In this document: positions 48,851 through 62,680 of the stretch, piece by piece
How the letters are laid out: each line of letters begins with the position of its first letter
Numbering within the stretch: the stretch's first letter is position 1
Program-made: the position numbers and the translations under genes
Notes under the pieces: model-generated
Seen by the model: the letters and a program-made list of their open reading frames with translations, nothing else
Told to the model about the DNA's origin: nothing
The model's database searches: none
Assembly: GCF_030684315.1 (NCBI RefSeq)
Contig: NC_081363.1
Span: forward strand, 83,041,678 to 83,105,677
Source: Stegostoma tigrinum
Lineage: Eukaryota
Direction: 5' to 3'
DNA: 64,000 nucleotides

Positions 48851-51510
48851 ATTAAAAAGGGTGAAGAAATGTATTTTAGAAAGTAGAATGTGGGAATTTG
48901 GTATAAACAACTAGTAGGGGTTAATGCGGTGCAGTAGCAGGCAAATCCGTGATATATATAAATCTTTGTGGTATGCAAGACACATTAAGAAGACCATTCA
49001 TAGAAAACATATACGCACATCACTGGTTTTATAGCCTAATGCTGAACAAGGGAAAATATGCTTTAAAAATGTTAAAATCGCTGATTGGACGTAACAGGGT
49101 TGTGAAGCCCAATTCCCCCGTGCATGAACAGAATGTCAGAAATTGGGAACACTTCAAAACTGGATTGTTCTAATATTTTTCTGCGTATCATGAGATCTCG
49201 TTTGACTGGTGTTGTTAAACTAGCAGTTTTCCAGGTTCCTCGTAAATATTGACAAATCGGAGGAACAAGAAAGGCCATAAGAATCACCGAGGTCACAATC
49301 TTCCATTGAACTGACGTCATTCCTGGCGCAATACGTAGTCTATTATCAGGTTGCGCTTGGGGAAGGTGAGATGTTTTGGTCTTAGACAGAATGACAACTT
49401 AACCTTCAGATGAAGGTGGGCAAGGAGGCACCCTGTCCCATGGTCATCAGTTGAAAAAAAAAACTGGATAATTGACACAGCTTAAATCACCAGTCCTTAG
49501 AAATATGATATATCAACACGTAATCAAAATCAGGAAGCAGCCCACATCAAGGAGCCGTCTTCTTCATACGGAAGGTCCACCGGAAAGGGGGCGAAAGACT
49601 TAAGATCAGCTCCCTAACACTTCGATTGGAGAGCAAGAGGCTGTCTTGACATGTGTAATGAGATCAACATATTCCAGCAACAGTTCATATCAGTGAACTA
49701 CCTACAGTTGTGATTTTTTTTCTCTAACACCTACACTACTGCTTAACAAATTTATCAACTATCTGAAAATTCGATTCCAATAGTCCACTGCCTATATTGA
49801 AGTTTTATCGACCCAAATCTCCAAACATTAACGAGAATAAATTCCAATCATGGAGCAGTTCCACTGAATAAAGGATTGCCATCCATCCCTAGGTCCACAT
49901 ACCGATTCCCCTCAAAAGCAACTCAGCTACTCACATCCCAGACTTCTTTTTTTATCCTGTATTGCTCCACATTAACTAATTTCAGAGAGTTATCCAAATA
50001 TCTTTTGGATTGAATCTGGCTCAATCGAACTCACATGCAACGTATTTCAGGCATTGCTGATCTGAAAGGTCTCTTGGCCTCCTCTTGGCTCTGCTTGTTG
50101 TTTGATGCTCATTAGTTGGAGTCTCTATGATACCCAGTTCTTGTCATATTTAGGCACAGACTGCTGCATATCTGTAGACAATCAGATGTGACTGAACATT
50201 ATGCAATGACCGGTGACACCCCCCATCTTTGACCGTCCATGGTCATTGATGAAGCAGGTGAAGGTGAGTTGGACTTGTACACAACCTTGAAGATCTCCTT
50301 CTGCCACGTCGTGAGCTGAGAATATTGGTCTCCAGAAGCCTCAGCCACGCTCTTCCCCAAGTTGTGCAGAGCCAGTGGAAGCTCTTCCCCTGTTCCAATG
50401 TGATTTCAGTTTTTTTGAATATTAGCGCTTGGCGTTCCCTTTTATTAAATATTTTCGCATTAGTTTATTTATCCAACATTGCAGGATTTCTTTGTTTCTG
50501 GGAGATTGGCAACAGAGTGAGTGACTAAGAGGGGAGGGATATAAGGTTGGAAATATCATCTGTTGTAGAATGAAAATAGGCCCAAATTGAACTAAAGAAA
50601 TCCCCATCTGGTCAATGTCATCCCAAGAAACCGTCCTTTTTTGCTGCAGTTATCAAAGACGTTATTCTATCCCAGTAACCACTCACCATTGTCCGACGCA
50701 CCGCTGTCCAAAGCCAATGACCATATTTCCTTGACCATACACGAGGTTCACATTCCTTTGACCACCTAGAGTGCACTGACAACTTCTTTTCGCAGTTAAC
50801 CATCCTTAAATCTAAGTGAACAAAACACCACACTGTTCGCATGCACTGTCTGTTCCTACTGTTCAAACACTTTCACCATCCGACACTCCACAACCAACTA
50901 CACTAACAAAATGGACAACAATAAATGTCAGCGATCGCTCCCCAAGCCGTATTATATACACACAATTGTCTGCGCTCATTTTCAATGCTCTATTGCCAAC
51001 AAACTACGGTCGGCGGCGAATAGTACATACACGATAATCCACAACAATCAATCCCTCTCTTAGAACACGAACTATTCACACATCACTTTCCACACTCTAC
51101 ACTCCAATGCTCATGTCCCGTCGATGTCTCGCTGCCCAGAACCTGAGTTTCATTTCTCACAATCCGCACTTCAATACCAAGATCTTGCAATCTCGAACCC
51201 ACTGTGTGCACCTTACGGTTAGTACCTTTCTGTTCAGAATGCATTGCCTTCCCATTTTTATACCCGCCATACACTTCAGCCCATTTTTCTACAGTGCACC
51301 GTCCGCAATCGAGCACCTGCACCCTCCCAGCGCAACCCACTGACTGCACCCCCTTGTCAACACTCTTTTGTCCGAGGTAACTGTGGTTCCTACCACGAAC
51401 CCCTCCACCGCAACCCCCAACACAGAACCTCCACAGAGGTGATCACCAGCAGCCATTGATCTACTAATTATCTATCAATAGGCTGAAACCGGGATTACTG
51501 ATCTGTGGGA

Positions 51511-51659
51511 GAGAGATAATGGGAACTGCAGATGCTGGAGATTCCAAGATAATAAAATGTGAGGCTGGATGAACACAGCAGGCCAAGCAGCATCTCAGGA
51601 GTGCTCCTGAGATGCTGCTTGGCCTGCTGTGTTCATCCAGCCTCACATTTTATTATCTT
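51511..51659. mobile_element. Palindromic PLE insertion with perfect 55 bp arms and 15-16 bp TSD
   Basis: Arms 51546-51600 and 51605-51659; TTACTGATCTGTGGGA at 51495-51510 and 51659-51674. Confidence 0.95.
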
Positions 51660-52094
51660 TACTGATCTGTGGGAACAGGAAACTTTGCTTCCAACAGCAG
51701 CTGGTTGACCAGAGATCAACAATTCTCTCTCTCTCTAACCACAGCGCCAACCACATCAGTGGCCTCAAGCTGGTACTGCACCCTGCCATACTGGAGGTCA
51801 TAAGTGCTTGTGGTCGGTCTGCGTAGTTAGAAGAAGGGCCTGAGAAGCCAAGGAAGGAGGGAAGCATTCGCGGACACTCTGAAGGGCCAGGGAAGCCAGT
51901 TAAGGCAGAATCTTCTTCCATCGCCAGGCCGGGGGCACAAGTGGCGGCTTAGCTTTCGACATTCATGTCATTGGTTTAATCTGAGCCATGAGATTAGGCC
52001 ATTTCTTAGGCTTTTATTGACATCTTAGGGCCTGCTTTGGAACATCGGCTGGCGGCCCACTGGATGCATCTCCAAATTATATCTGCATGAACAC

Positions 52095-52265
52095 TGAGGG
52101 GCAATTTAGCATGGCCAAGCCACCATCAACTTAACGTCTTTGGACTGTGGGAGGAAACCGGGGCACCCGGCAGGAACCCACGCAGACACCCGGAGAACAT
52201 ACAAACTCCACACAGATAGTCACCCGGGTCTGAAATAGATGCTGTGATGCAGTGCCTCCACTGTG
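52095..52265 (-). mobile_element. HE1-like V-SINE fragment
   Basis: TTTGGACTGTGGGAGGAAACCGG..ACCCACGCAGACAC..AAACTCCACACAGA. Confidence 0.8.
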
Positions 52266-52407
52266 CGTCCGTGCTGCCCCGTGCTCCTCTGCACCTGGAT
52301 CAAAGCAAGTCTCGGTTTCGTTGCAGAGCAGTCTGTTCTCACGCCAATGCAACCTTCTTGCTAGGCAATCTGTTTTCACTTAACTTTCCAAAATTCAGCA
52401 ATTACAG

Positions 52408-52735
52408 AGTCATAGAATCATAAAGTTGTACAGCATGGAAACAGGCCCTTCGGTCCAACTCGTCCATTCTGATCAGGTATCCTAAATTAATCTAGACCCA
52501 TTTGACAGCATTTAACCTATATACCTCTAAACCCTTCCTACTCATGTACTCATCTAGATGCCTTTTAAATGTTGTAAATGTATCAAACTTCACCACTTCC
52601 TCTGGCAACACATTCCATTCACGCATCACACACGGCGTACGATAAACTTGCCCCTTAGGTCCCTTTGATATCTTTCCCCTCTCACCGTAAGCCTATGCCC
52701 TATAGTTTTGGGCTCCTGCGTCCTATTAACCCTTA
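52408..52735 (-). mobile_element. CR1 3' fragment
   Basis: GTCATAGAATCATA tail; CACCACTTCCTCTGGCA..TTCCA segment. Confidence 0.8.
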
Positions 52736-52847
52736 ATGATATGGCTTAGAGGTGTCTTTGTTTTTGATAATACACACCGCATCCATTCACATTCGGAATC
52801 ATCTTAAATAATTCACCGACTCCAAGACAACAGCATAACATCCACCT

Positions 52848-53073
52848 AAGATAACAAGGTGTAGAGCTGGATGAACACAGCAGGCCAAGCAGCATCAGAG
52901 GAACATGAAGACCGACGTTTCGGGCCTAGACCTTCTTCAGAAATTTCTGAAGAAGGGTCTAGGCCCAAAACGTCGGCCTTCCTGCTCCTCTGATGCTGCT
53001 TGGCCTGCTGTTCATCCAGCTCTACACCTTGTCATCTCAGATTCTCCACCATCTGCAGTTCCTACTATCTCTG
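52848..53073. mobile_element. Palindromic PLE insertion with 13 bp TSD
   Basis: ATAACATCCACCT at 52835-52847 and 53074-53086; centre CTTCAGAAATTTCTGAAG. Confidence 0.92.
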
Positions 53074-53131
53074 ATAACATCCACCTCTTTGGTTTGCCGA
53101 TGCATTAACATGCAAAGTAGTATTTTATCGA

Positions 53132-53262
53132 TGAATGAAGGGTCTAGGCCCGAAACGTCAGCTTTTGTGCTCCTGAGATGCTGCTTGGCCTGCTGTGTTC
53201 ATCCAGCCTCACATTTTATTATCTTGGAATTCTCCAGCATCTGCAGTTCCCATTATCTCTGA
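53132..53262 (+). mobile_element. PLE terminal repeat with 14 bp TSD
   Basis: TAGTATTT(T/C)ATCGA at 53118-53131 and 53263-53276. Confidence 0.88.
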
Positions 53263-54558
53263 TAGTATTTCATCGAGTTGCGTGAGCAGTTCATCATTTC
53301 CCCATTAAGTGATTTCTGCATTTGAAGACGGTAAATATTTCTGCGTCACCATTGTTGCTCATTTCTAGGTTCAAAGTGGTTGAACTCACATTGCTCGCCG
53401 TTGAACTCCGTTTGTCATCAGCTTGCTCGCTGATTGTGCGTGCATTGTGGCGTATATCTGAAGTAGGAATATACAGGACATCATATGATTTGCTTTTGCA
53501 TTTTTGAAGCCAATCAATACAAAGGACAAGTTCAAATAATCCACAATATGCGAAACCATTCTGTAAACTGATACATATCATTCTTATTGTGATTTTTATT
53601 CATTTTTATTTTTGCATATTGGTGTGATTTTAAACCACAGATTTTGGGAAAAGTGGAGCAAATAAATCACTATTCATTCAATTCCTTCAGTGGCGGGAAC
53701 GATTTTAAGCTGTATCACAGTTCTATTGCTTGCAATAAAATGAAACTAACAATTACAGATGACATGCACATTTTCGGAAATGCAAGCAATATAACTTTTG
53801 GCTTTTCATTCAGAGAGTTCAATGGTATTCTACACTTTAGCCCAGAAGAATGAATTCCAGCTTTAAGGGTTGCTGCGGGTACCAGAGATATACCAGCATC
53901 CCATAGCTCCAAATGAAAAAAATGAGAAGGTCGCATTTAAAATAAAAACCAAGAGTAGGCATAGAGTTGGGGTAGAGTTATTATTAGTGTTATGTTGGAG
54001 AGGTTAGTGAAGATTAAGGATACCTTCATCACATTCCAGAACTGGAACGAAATTGAAATCCCGTTCATTTCGAACAGTGGAAGAAACCTGTTCTGTGAAT
54101 GGCCAGGAACTGAATCAATGCAAAGAGCGATTAATTCTGTTTTCTAATAACATGCTACCAATTAAATTGCGCCCCCTGTGATTTAGCCAGTTTACTTTAA
54201 ATATTTTTTTAATTGTAAGAGACGGACTGATCGTCATAGCAGTGCAATTGTGGGTTCATCACGGATACCAAACTGAATCATTTCTATCCTGGAACCTTAT
54301 TTTGCTCCTGGAACTACCTTTAAATTATGTGCCTGTCCGGGGTGGTCTACGCGACGTTAGCAACATAAATGTCTCCTATTCAGTCCCTTTATGAGCTGTT
54401 CTTATATATGACCCTCGAGACAAATCTTCGGCTCGCAATTTCCAGTAAGGGATACGTACGTTTAGTGTTTTAACGGGTCGTGCCAATGTGTACCACCAAT
54501 ATTTTTGACGATCCAGGAAAGTGAAAAGGACAGAAAATGGAAGGTAAAGCACGTGATA

Positions 54559-54564
54559 TTTATT
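54559..54564 (-). promoter_or_regulatory. Candidate poly(A) signal of B2
   Basis: AATAAA on the minus strand ~75 nt after the stop. Confidence 0.45.
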
Positions 54565-54637
54565 CAAATGAAAATGTTAGCAACGCTCGGAAGGAAAACA
54601 GTAGATGGTTGTCTATCTTCCGACCCTGCATCAGAAA

Positions 54638-55032
54638 CTAGTCCGCATCGTCTGGAGCTTTTTTTGTCACTTTGTAAATGCAACTACTCCCACTGGTATG
54701 AATGAGTTGGCTATGAAATTGCGCCGGCACGAGCTCATTGTGGAATTCAGCCGACCCCTCTCTATACTTCACATCCGAGCACAGATAAATTATAGTCTTT
54801 TCTGTGCAGAAGTGCAGCAATGTCTGTATAAGATTCGGAAATTGTGATGGGCTGTACACGATGTCCGATCCAAGAATGATATCAAAGTCGGTTGCGAAAC
54901 TGTCCTGGTCGCTACCCCAAGCCAGGGCGCGGATTTTGGAACGGTGTCTACAGTCGAGCGGAATATTAGCCAGTATGTTATACTCGATTTGTTTCAAAAC
55001 GTACGGCCTATCCGTCATGGTGACATCTCCAC
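54638..55032 (-). CDS. EEF1AKMT3: EEF1AKMT3/METTL21B-like paralog B2, last coding exon
   Basis: GCAG|GT acceptor; GDVTMTD, RALAWG, LGSDIVY; 395 nt to TAG, the same length as in B1. Confidence 0.93.
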
Positions 55033-55194
55033 CTGCCAAAAAAGAAGTCATATTTATCCTCTGGCTCTCCCCAGCGTGAGTTGCCACATATTCATTGCTA
55101 AATACGCTCTAAGTCCTTGCCGCTGAACGCACCCACATTACTCTACGACACCTACCTCACCGCATCCACCCCTACTCACATTCCGAATAGTTCG

Positions 55195-55481
55195 TAGAAT
55201 CCCTACAGTCTGGAAACAGGCCTTTTGGCCCAACAAGTCCACACCGACCCTCATAGCATTCCACCCAGTCCCATTCCCCTATAATCCACCTAATTTACAC
55301 ACCCCTGAACACTACGGGTAGTTTATCATGGCCAATCCACCTAGCCTGCACTTCTTTGGACCGTGGGAGGAAACCGGAACACCCGGAGGAAACCCACGCA
55401 GACACGGGAAGAATGTGCAAACTCCGCACAGACAGGCGCCGTCATGCTGTGAGGCAGCAGTGCTAACCTCTGAGCCACCGT
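55195..55481 (-). mobile_element. HE1-like V-SINE
   Basis: Head ACGGTGGCTCAGAGGTTAGCACTGCTGCCTCACAGC, V-domain and tail on the minus strand. Confidence 0.9.
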
Positions 55482-55759
55482 CAATAGTCAATTAAATAGT
55501 TATTTAAATTAGCTCAATATTTTGTCTTGCAATTCGATGGCTTCTTTTTTCTTTCTAAGAGGGAATGCACATTAGAAACGATTACTAACAGGAATGCGCA
55601 AACAGCTTCTGAATCGCTCGCTGCCTGTCCATTCGGGTCTGCGAATCTTGGGGAGCGAGGGATGTGCAGACGCTGTAAAGTAACAACTGTGTGTTTGTTG
55701 TTGCTTACGATTGAGTCAGGGATCAGTGGAATAGATCATGGAGTACGGATGTACATGTC

Positions 55760-56580
55760 CTAAACAGGATATGTAACTAGAGGCATTGTGACCATGGGGA
55801 ACGATTGTAGCAAGGAACATAATATAACCTAATATTTAGCAGATGAAATTTAATATCAGGATAATCGAGGAGAGGCTGTATACAATAGCGCTAGAGTTCT
55901 AAAAGAGGTACGAGAGCGGAGGGAACCAGAATAGATTGCCAAAATTGTTAAAGGTGGCAAGACAGGTTGAGAAATTGTTTGAAAGGGCAGACAGCGTCCA
56001 GTGCTTTACAAAACGAAGAGTAGTCTACAAACTCCAGGATGTTATAGCGTATCTTTCTGAAACAATGGCTCGGCCTCAGTCGAAGCATTAAGTCCAATTC
56101 TGGACGACACAATCTTAGAAAGATGCGAAGACGTTGGTGAATGTGCAAATAAGATTTACCAGCACGGTCCCAAGAACGAGGGTCTTCACTTTCATGGATA
56201 ATTGGGGGAAGAGGGAGCTGCTCTCTTTAGAGAGAAAGTCGACAGCAGATTCGATAAAGGTGTTCGAACTGACGAGGAGTCGAGAGAGAGGAAACAGACA
56301 GAAATTGTTCCCATCAATAGAATTAAAACAAAAACGTAGTTGCTGGAAAAGCTCAGCAGTCTGGCAGCATCTGTGAAGGAAAACAAAACAGAGTTAACGT
56401 TTCGGGTCCGTTGACGCTTCTATTTTTGTTACTATCCGCAGCTCTTTCGGTTTTTATTTTCTATCAATAGAATTGTCCAGTGTAAGGCTATGGGGAAAGG
56501 AAGGAGAGTGGGCTCAGCAAAGTTGCCCGTAGGTATAGGGCCGAATAGAAACGTACTGCGCTCTAAATATTCTATGATCC
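55760..56580 (+). mobile_element. Degraded CR1 with a nested second-family PLE repeat (56325-56462)
   Basis: CR1 ORF2 remnants; the nested repeat is flanked by ATCAATAGAATT at 56313-56324 and 56463-56474. Confidence 0.65.
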
Positions 56581-57490
56581 TATGACAGTAGCATGTAAAT
56601 AACTAATTAGTAACGAGAGAGATAGCATTTAGAGGCAGCACTATGTTGGGAATAATTATAACTATGTTCTGGGCTGGTTATTGGGCTCTGGAAATTCTAT
56701 ACCATGCTGAGTCACGCCATGCAGCGACGGGGTGCAAGTGGGAACATCATCACACGCTGGCTGTGACTTTTAAATCTGCGGAACTTCAAAGGCGAAATAT
56801 GTAGCTTTGACAAGGTCTAGTCAAAGAAAGTCCCCCAATAATCAGACACGGCACTCAGCTACAACGCAGTCAAAAGGGACAAATCCCTTATCGTGAGTTA
56901 TAAGCAATGTAAAGTCAATGGCCAGCAAGTGCCCAGCATCCATCCAGGTCAGTACTACCTTCAGAAGCAGGTGTCCCTTTCAGATTCCGAAGGTTGTATT
57001 GTAGTGAAATTTTCAATAACGAGAACAAAGTTGGTTCGAGAACCAAGAGACAAAAGGCAAAACCTTCAGTCCGGCAGGGATTATTAGGAGCGCACATGAT
57101 CTAGCAGTTTGTTATAACACTATTTCCTGGTGATTGTGTCGTTAATTGTTAGTTGCACGTTGTTATTTTCATGTTAACAGTCTTTTGATTTTCCTTTATG
57201 ATGTTGATCAGTAAAGAAAACGCACAAATGCATCAGATAATGCAGAGGGGAACCACTGCCTCAGTCATCGGTGGGTCGATTGCTCTTGTTGGTGAAGCGA
57301 CACAAATTTGGTCGATTTGAAGGTTCCCGTCCAACTATTGTCCGATTGCCCCTTCCTTCTAACATCGAGGATTGTGAAGTTAGTAGTGCACTTTGGGGAG
57401 CACGTCACTAAGGGAGGGGTCTCGTAAAGTCTCCGATTGGGCGCTATCCCCTGCGTTGCGTCATGAGGAGCTACTGCTGTGTTCACTTAC

Positions 57491-57602
57491 CCAACAGCAC
57501 CGCCAATATGCCCACAATTCCAGTGCCAGAGCCGAGTTCAAGCACCTTCTTGCCGGTAAAATCAATCTTCTCAGCCTCAAAATAGCGACAAAGGACAATC
57601 CC
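57491..57602 (-). CDS. EEF1AKMT3: B2 coding exon 2
   Basis: CAG| ... |GTAAGT, 112 nt: [38 protein letters not shown]. Confidence 0.95.
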
Positions 57603-58721
57603 CTGAGGGGGTAAAAACACCCACAGTCTGACCAAGATATTTATCTGTAAACGGTCACAGTTTAAAGATAATTCTGGAAAATTGGCAGGCTCGTTAAGGC
57701 TCACTCAGACACCTTATAATGGAGACATTAGCGAACCCCTATGAGCAATTACAAACTCTTGGCTTCAGTTCGGAGAGGACAGCGAATCTAATGAGAAGCA
57801 ATTTTTCAAGGGCCACTAACCCTGAGTGCCCTTGCAAACGAGGAACTGCGTTCATTATGTAAACATTGTGCATAGCCGGGGGTGGACATGAGAACTTTTT
57901 TTTAGGTGTTGGATTACAGTTTCACTGCATTGCAAGTCTGAGGTGATGACTGTGGACTTTGTGCAGAGAAAAATACTTTACAAACTGAACCACACTAAAC
58001 GGACCTTGTTGGGTTAAGGGCGTCACTGAGCAGCAAAGGATTATTTCCTGCAAAGGTGCGTACTTCTCGCGATATTTCCACGTAATGTGTCATAAATGTC
58101 CCTGTTACTTCACTGTCGCTGAGTCGAAATCCGGAACTCCCCTCCCTAACAGCAGTGTATGTCCCTACATCCCAAGAACAGCAGTAATTCAATAAGACGG
58201 CTCACCATCACCTTCCCCGGGGCAATTAGGAACGGGCAATACATGTTTGCCAGGGGGCGGCGTCCATTTCCCAGGAATAAAAAGAAGTACCGCCGAATAC
58301 ACGTGTGCACAGCAGCAGCACCTCGGCAACCGAGTCTGATTTAGAATGCCACAGGTGCAGTGCACTACAGTATATGTTTTCTAAATTACAGCAATGATCA
58401 AAGATTAACAAATAATCTGGCTCCCGTGTGACATCACACTTGCGATGAGCCCTGTCTGACAAGGAAGCCAGTTCAGATTTTGAAGGCTGGTGCAATTACA
58501 ACATTTAAAAAGCTGGTTATATGAATAAGAGGGGATTAGAGGGATATGGGCTAAACATTAACAAATGGGAGTGGTCGGCATGGATGAGTTGGACCGAAGG
58601 GCCTGTTTCCGTGCTATACATGACTCAATCAGCTTCTAATCTGCCCCTGTGCAGCCAAATTGGCAAAGGCGTTCATTTTTAATTCCGAAGGAAACTTTTT
58701 GTAACAGTCCACCAGACTTAC

Positions 58722-58853
58722 AGGTCCCCAAACATAAGCAGAGACGCCTAAAGAAGCTCCTTTAAACATCGTGATCTTTAGAGGGTGTCCGCTGAATTCA
58801 TAATTCTTCTCCTCCAACTCCAGGAGGGGATAGTCAGCCGTGCTACAGTTCAT
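58722..58853 (-). CDS. EEF1AKMT3: B2 coding exon 1
   Basis: MNCSTADYPLLELEEKNYEFSGHPLKITMFKGASLGVSAYVWGP|GTAAGT; 44 codons; candidate acceptor TTACTTCTAG at ~58972. Confidence 0.9.
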
Positions 58854-59708
58854 CCTCCGTGCTGTCAAAGGGCTTCTCGCCAATTTCCAAACAGACGTCT
58901 CCCAATCCAAGACAGAGCCCTGTCAGTTTCGCCTCCGCGGATCCACTCCAAGTTGTTGCTGTTTACTTTACCTAGAAGTAATAAAAGAACTTACGGAAAA
59001 CTCTGGTGTAGACAAGAAAAGGAGTACACCACTGTAGCTGAGCTTTAAATCTCTGAATATAACGGGAAGCCCCGCATGTGAACGCACGACTATCTTCTGT
59101 TTAAAATGGATGTAACAGGCGAAATTCACCAAATGGGAAAATTGGGTTAGAATAGTCATGTGTTTGCTTTTGACAGGCAGAGACTCGGTGAGCCAAAGGG
59201 ATTTTTTTTCCTGTGCTGTGCATTTCTTTGACTGTATGGACATGAACGGAGGTTGCCCTATGAATAGCTTAAGCGGACGATGCCATTTTGCTGCTAATCA
59301 GCTTCACAAGGCTGATAGAGGTGTTATCACAAGCTAAAATCATTCGCAAGTCGAGGAACTGGGAGCATACCGCTTCCTGGGTCCAGTGGGCGAGAAAGAA
59401 ATACCCCTGTTCTGCTTGGCCCACAAGAGGTGCGGTGTGCAGATGCTTACTCTATGGATCTGGCCCTCTTCTGGTCAGGAGCGGGAATCCACTGTTTAGC
59501 GTGGAATGGCAGGTTTGATCCCTGCATCCAAAAGACAATGGTTCTGCATCAGAAAAAAAACATTGCGGCGCTCAGAGTGAATTGTTTTTGCAGAGGGCTG
59601 GCACAGACAGGGCAGATACAATGGCATCCACTTGTGATACTCGTCTCCTCTTAGCTCCTAGCTTTCCAGGGCGTCCGGAAATCCAATAAGAATTGCTTAA
59701 ATATCAAT

Positions 59709-60621
59709 GATAATGAAATGTGAGGCCGGATGAACACAGCAGGCCCAGCAGCATCTCAGGAGCACAAAAGCTGAGGTTTCGGGCCTAGACCCTTCATCAG
59801 AGAGGGGGATGGGCTGGGGGTTCTGGAATAAATAGGGAGAGAAGGGGAGGCGGACCGAAGATGGAGAGAAAAGAAGATAGGTGGAGTGGAGAGTATAGGT
59901 CGGGAGGTAGGGAGGGGATAGGTCAGTCCAGGGAAGACGGACGGGTCAAGGAGGTGGGATGAGGTTAGTAGGTAGGAGATGGAGGTGCGGCTTGGGGTGG
60001 GAGGAAGAACAGGTTAGGGAGGCAGAGACAGGTTGGACTGGTTTTGGGATTCAGTGGGTGGAGAGGAAGAGCTGGGCTGGTTGTGTGGTGCAGTGGGGGG
60101 AGGGGACGAACTGGGCTGGTTTTGGTATGCGGTGGGGGAAGGGGAGATTTTGAAGCTGGTGAAGTCCACATTGATACCATTGGGCTGCAGGGTTCCCAAG
60201 CGGAATATGAGTTGCTGTTCCTGCAACCTTCGGGTGGCATCATTGTGGCACTGCAGGAGGCCCATGATGGACATGTCATCTAAAGAATGGGAGGGGGAGT
60301 TGAAATGGTTTGCGACTGGGAGGTGCAGTTGTCTATTGCGAACCGAGCGGAGGTGTTCTGCAAAGCGGTCCCCAAGCGTCCGCTTGGTTTCCCCAATGTA
60401 GAGGAAGCCACACCGGGTACAGTGGATGCAGTATACCACATTGGCAGATGTGCAGGTGAACCTCTGCTTAATGTGGAAAGTCATCTTGGGGCCTGGGATA
60501 GGGGTGAGGGAGGAGGTGTGGGGGCAAGTGTAGCATTTCCTGCGGTTGCAGGGGAAGGTGTCGGGTGTGTTGGGGTTGGACGGCAGTTTGGAGCGAACAA
60601 GGGAGTCACGGAGAGAGTAGT
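59709..60621 (-). mobile_element. Young 5'-truncated PLE with an open GIY-YIG endonuclease frame and 13 bp TSD
   Basis: VVYCIHCTRCGFLYIGETKRTLGDRFAEH..HF..LGTLQPNGIN (60014-60484); TSD CTTAAATATCAAT at 59696-59708 and 60622-60634; hammerhead-like motif 59771-59800. Confidence 0.93.
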
Positions 60622-61054
60622 CTTAAATATCAATATTGTGTTTTTCTGAAAAGATGAGCCATCAGTCTCCGACATAACTTACTTTTATGGTCTCGGCCGC
60701 CTGTGGCCGTCAAAGTGGACGCGGACGGCTCTCAGTTTTCGTCTGAGGAAGGATCACTGGGTTTGCACTGTAAACTGATTTTTTTTTCTTCACAGATGCT
60801 GTCAGACTAGCTGGACTTTTCTAGCAACTTCTGTTTTTGGTCCTGATTTACAGCATCCGCAGTTCTTTCGGGTTTTTCTCTAGTTCTCTTCCTTAAGTAT
60901 TAACTTCTTATCTGACTCAGATCCAGCATTTAGAGGTGGATTGGGGAACTTAAGACTCCTGTTAGTTTCGTCAGGGATTTTATTAGTTGCTGTCACTGTT
61001 CGTCGTTTTGTCGTGAACTCAGATGTTCTTAAAAGAGATTGGTGATATCTTGCT

Positions 61055-61625
61055 ATAGAGTCATAGAGATGTACATCACACAAACAGACTCTTCATTCCA
61101 ACTCGTCCATGCCGGCCAGACATCCCAAACCAATCCAGTCCCATAGGCCAGCTTTGGTCCATACCTCTTGAAACCCTTCTTGTTCATGTACCCATTCAGA
61201 TGCCTATTAACTGTTATAATTGTACCTACATCTACCACTTTCTCTGGCAGCTCATCCCATACATGCACCACTCTCGCCTGAAAAAAGTTGCTCCCTAGGT
61301 CTCTTTTATATCTTTCCCCGATCACCTCAAACCTATGCCTTCTAATTTTGGACTCCCCCACTCTCGGAAAATGGCCTTGGCTATTCGCCCTATCCATGCC
61401 CCTATGATTTTATAAATCTCTCTGCTGCCACCCATCAGGTCCAGGGAAAATAGCCCCAGCCTCTTCCCTATAGCTCAAACCCTCTAACTCTGGCAACATC
61501 CTTCTAAATCTTTCCTGAACCCTTTCAAGTTTCACAACATCTTTCCTACAGCAGGTAGCCCAGAACTGAACGCAGTATTCCAAAAGTGGACTAACCAATG
61601 TCCCGTGCAGCCGCAACGTGACCTC
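61055..61625 (-). mobile_element. CR1 3' fragment
   Basis: TLVSPLLEYCVQFW..LERVQERFRRMLP..RVVHVWDELP. Confidence 0.88.
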
Positions 61626-62680
61626 CCTTTCGCAGGTACTCCACTATGGCGGGGAAGGCATGGCCACAGCCATAATCCCTGCAAAATGTTGCCCCAGGGT
61701 CGTCAGAGGCAGGTCAAATGGAAAATCTTTAGTTATACGGTGGAAAATACAAGGATACATATCTTAAAGGCAGGAAGTTACGGACGATTAAACCATAATC
61801 CCCACCAATGGATCACAGATACTGGTCCAAATTCAAAATGTACATGACATCTATCAGTTTCACTTGGGTCTTCGAGGTCCAGTCCTGTTTGGAATCATTG
61901 ATCTCAGTATACTCAGTAATTCGTCTTCATTTAAAACTCACTCGTTTGCAAAGGCTCTTGTAGTGCAGTGGTACTGCCCCCACCTCGGGCTGGGAGACCT
62001 GGATTTAAGTCGTCCCCCTGTTCCAGACATAATGTCTACGGAGAGGTCGGTTGGGAAATAGAAAATGCACACGTTTCTGTCATAAGCCCCGATCTAATAC
62101 AGAGGGTTAACCCTGCAACACAATCCCACTTGTGACTGGAAAGGGGTGAATTCCACCTTCTCTTGTGTTCTGCATGTCTTAAAATCTCTCCGTTTTCTTT
62201 CTTTACAAGTTAGAGTTAACCGAAAATAGATCAGTTATCGTATTGTATGTTTTTTGCAAGATTGTTCTCACAGATAATAATGACTGCTATTATTCCCAAT
62301 AACAACATAACTATTACATTTCTGTATATTTTGTACTGCTAACAGTAGTCTAAGGATTCTAACCATAAATTGCATATAGCGTAAATTTAAATAGTAATTT
62401 AGAAATTCTTTGAATAATTGATAAGGTTTGTTTTACCATTTCCAATGGTTTTTGCAATATGAATATTGTCAGTTCCCAATCCTGTGATAAGCGGATTACA
62501 AGAAATAATTTGTACTGCGTTCTTCCATCGAGATTCTGGGTTTTCCAGACTCTTAGATCTCGCAGAACGAAAGGATGCGTTTGCTTAACGCTCCGTGGAC
62601 GCAGCAGGGGAGGTGGAGGGAGGAGCCAAGAAAGCGGATCCTAAGGAATGAAACAACAGTGAGGAAGAAACAGAACTCAC

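Noticed and set aside
50560-51460. C/A-rich stretch with overlapping short ORFs (possible retroviral or LINE remnant)
   Set aside because: No recognisable protein motif by eye; needs a repeat-library search.
51546-51659. Hairpins as pre-miRNAs or as MITEs with terminal inverted repeats
   Set aside because: The arms are PLE terminal-repeat sequence with variable 13-16 bp TSDs and asymmetric ends, unlike DNA-transposon TIRs; there is no expression evidence for a miRNA.
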